A stretch of 64,000 nt of DNA, taken from NCBI GenBank assembly GCA_964440605.1, contig CAYTSW010000003.1, positions 5,421-69,420 on the forward strand. Reading direction: 5' to 3'. Every line of letters starts with the position of its first letter. Positions within the stretch are counted from its first letter, which is position 1. A program made the translations under genes and the position numbers. The notes beneath the pieces are model-generated. The model did no database searches and had not been told where the DNA came from. It was given only the letters and a program-made list of their open reading frames with translations. The DNA comes from an uncultured Phycisphaeraceae bacterium (GTDB lineage Bacteria > Planctomycetota > Phycisphaerae > Phycisphaerales > UBA1924). Of this stretch, positions 63,163 to 64,000 are shown one piece after another.

Positions 63163-63585
63163 TCACATGAGCGTGGGAGCGGCGGGAGCCGCCTTCTTGG
63201 TGGCGCGCTTGCGGGCCTTCTTCTTGGTCCCCCGCTTTTTGGTGGCCCGCTTCTTGGTCGCACGCTTCTTCGAGCGCTTCTTGGCCGTCTTCTTCTTGGC
63301 CTTCTTTTTGGTGGCCCGCTTCTTGGCGGCCTTCTTCTTGGTCTTCTTCTTCGTGGCACGCTTCTTGGTCGCACGCTTCTTCGTGGCCCGCTTCTTGGAG
63401 GCCTTCTTCTTGGTCTTCTTCTTCGTGGCACGCTTCTTGGTCGCACGCTTCTTCGTAGCGCGCTTCTTGGCGGCCTTCTTCTTCGACGCCTTCTTGGTCG
63501 AGCGCTTCTTGCTGGCGCGCTTCTTCGACGTCTTCTTCTTCGCGCGCTTCTTCGTGGCGCGCTTCTTGGCAGTCCTCTTGGCCAT
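63163..63585 (-). CDS. Lys/Ala-rich histone-H1-like (Hc1/AlgP-like) basic protein
   Basis: ATG 63585 with GAGGAGG 5 nt upstream. 140 aa of KKRATKKRATKKRATKKKTKKKA-type repeats, and the DNA itself is tandemly repetitive. Confidence 0.75.
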   Translation of the reverse strand: MAKRTAKKRATKKRAKKKTSKKRASKKRSTKKASKKKAAKKRATKKRATKKRATKKKTKKKASKKRATKKRATKKRATKKKTKKKAAKKRATKKKAKKKTAKKRSKKRATKKRATKKRGTKKKARKRATKKAAPAAPTLM

Positions 63586-63765
63586 GGGAGACCTCCTCAA
63601 AGGTTCGGAGCACGAGGAAAGTCAGCACACACGGACACCGTGGCACACATTGTGGAAAACTGTACCGCTATCGGTACACCCCGTCCAACGCCTTCAACTT
63701 CTTGCGCACTTCTCCACGCCCACCACCACCGCTGCCAACGAAGCGCTCCGTCGGCGCTCGGCGCG

Positions 63766-63999
63766 TCAACGGTTCAGGGAATCGACCAACCCGTCGAGCC
63801 CGCTCCCGTTCACACGGTTGTACGCCTCGAGCGCCGCCGCGTCGCTCACCATCACACCCACCCGCGCGCGGATCACGCCCTGGCCCGGGTTGTACCAGAA
63901 GGCCGCGACGCGATCCGTCACCGCCTGGCGCACCGCCGGGTGCAGACGATCCGCCTCCTCGGGCGACGCGATCTCGAGCCACGGTCGGTGGGGCGTCAC
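63766..63999 (-). CDS. Hypothetical protein, probably C-terminal fragment (may extend past the window)
   Basis: The ORF is open up to the window edge and only a GTG at 63999 is available as a start. A weak hairpin plus T-run (63661..63678) lies downstream. No motif recognised. Confidence 0.35.
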   Translation of the reverse strand: MTPHRPWLEIASPEEADRLHPAVRQAVTDRVAAFWYNPGQGVIRARVGVMVSDAAALEAYNRVNGSGLDGLVDSLNR

Positions 64000-64000
64000 C

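Noticed and set aside
63009-63646. Alternative frames across the Lys-rich gene (145-aa Arg/Pro-rich and 167-aa Glu-rich ORFs).
   Set aside because: They are the same repetitive DNA read in other frames. Only the Lys/Ala frame has an ATG with a strong, well-spaced Shine-Dalgarno sequence, and only that frame resembles known basic nucleoid proteins.

Overview
GC-rich bacterial DNA. PEP-CTERM, dockerin-like, FG-GAP and Lys-rich histone-like proteins suggest Planctomycetota, but that is only a guess. The main result is structural: positions 1..49808 form one perfect palindrome with no spacer. The two arms are 24,904 bp each, the axis lies between 24904 and 24905, and position x pairs with 49809-x. 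The left arm is cut by the window edge, so the true extent of the palindrome is unknown. Each arm carries the same 19 genes: hemW (partial on the left), an FHA protein, a zinc-ribbon peptide, purA, a META lipoprotein, a TPR protein, a PEP-CTERM protein, an FG-GAP propeller protein, a histidine kinase/response regulator ORF, a sigma-like membrane protein, fumC, an EF-hand protein, a PAP2 phosphatase, an ArnT-like glycosyltransferase, a hypothetical protein, a polytopic membrane protein, gyrA, a STAS protein and a Cys-rich secreted protein. I found no mismatch between the arms, including at a 24-nt homopolymer. The axis sits in the loop of a terminator-type hairpin. The most economical reading is a fold-back (inverted chimera) sequencing or assembly artefact. 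A read-through of a hairpin telomere or a very recent inverted duplication are the biological alternatives. Only 49809..64000 is single-copy here. It holds the rest of hemW, rpmA, two methyltransferases, a translationally coupled ChlI-like AAA+/VWA pair, small membrane proteins, a GGDEF cyclase, a truncated ALDH-like protein, a plus-strand gene pair of unknown function, a SIMPL protein and a Lys/Ala-rich histone-H1-like protein. I saw no rRNA, tRNA, CRISPR array, transposase or integrase. Secondary observations: a G24/C24 tract that sets the frame at the kinase/regulator junction, a conserved purine-rich intergenic element present twice, REP-like hairpin pairs, and a nested-hairpin RNA candidate.
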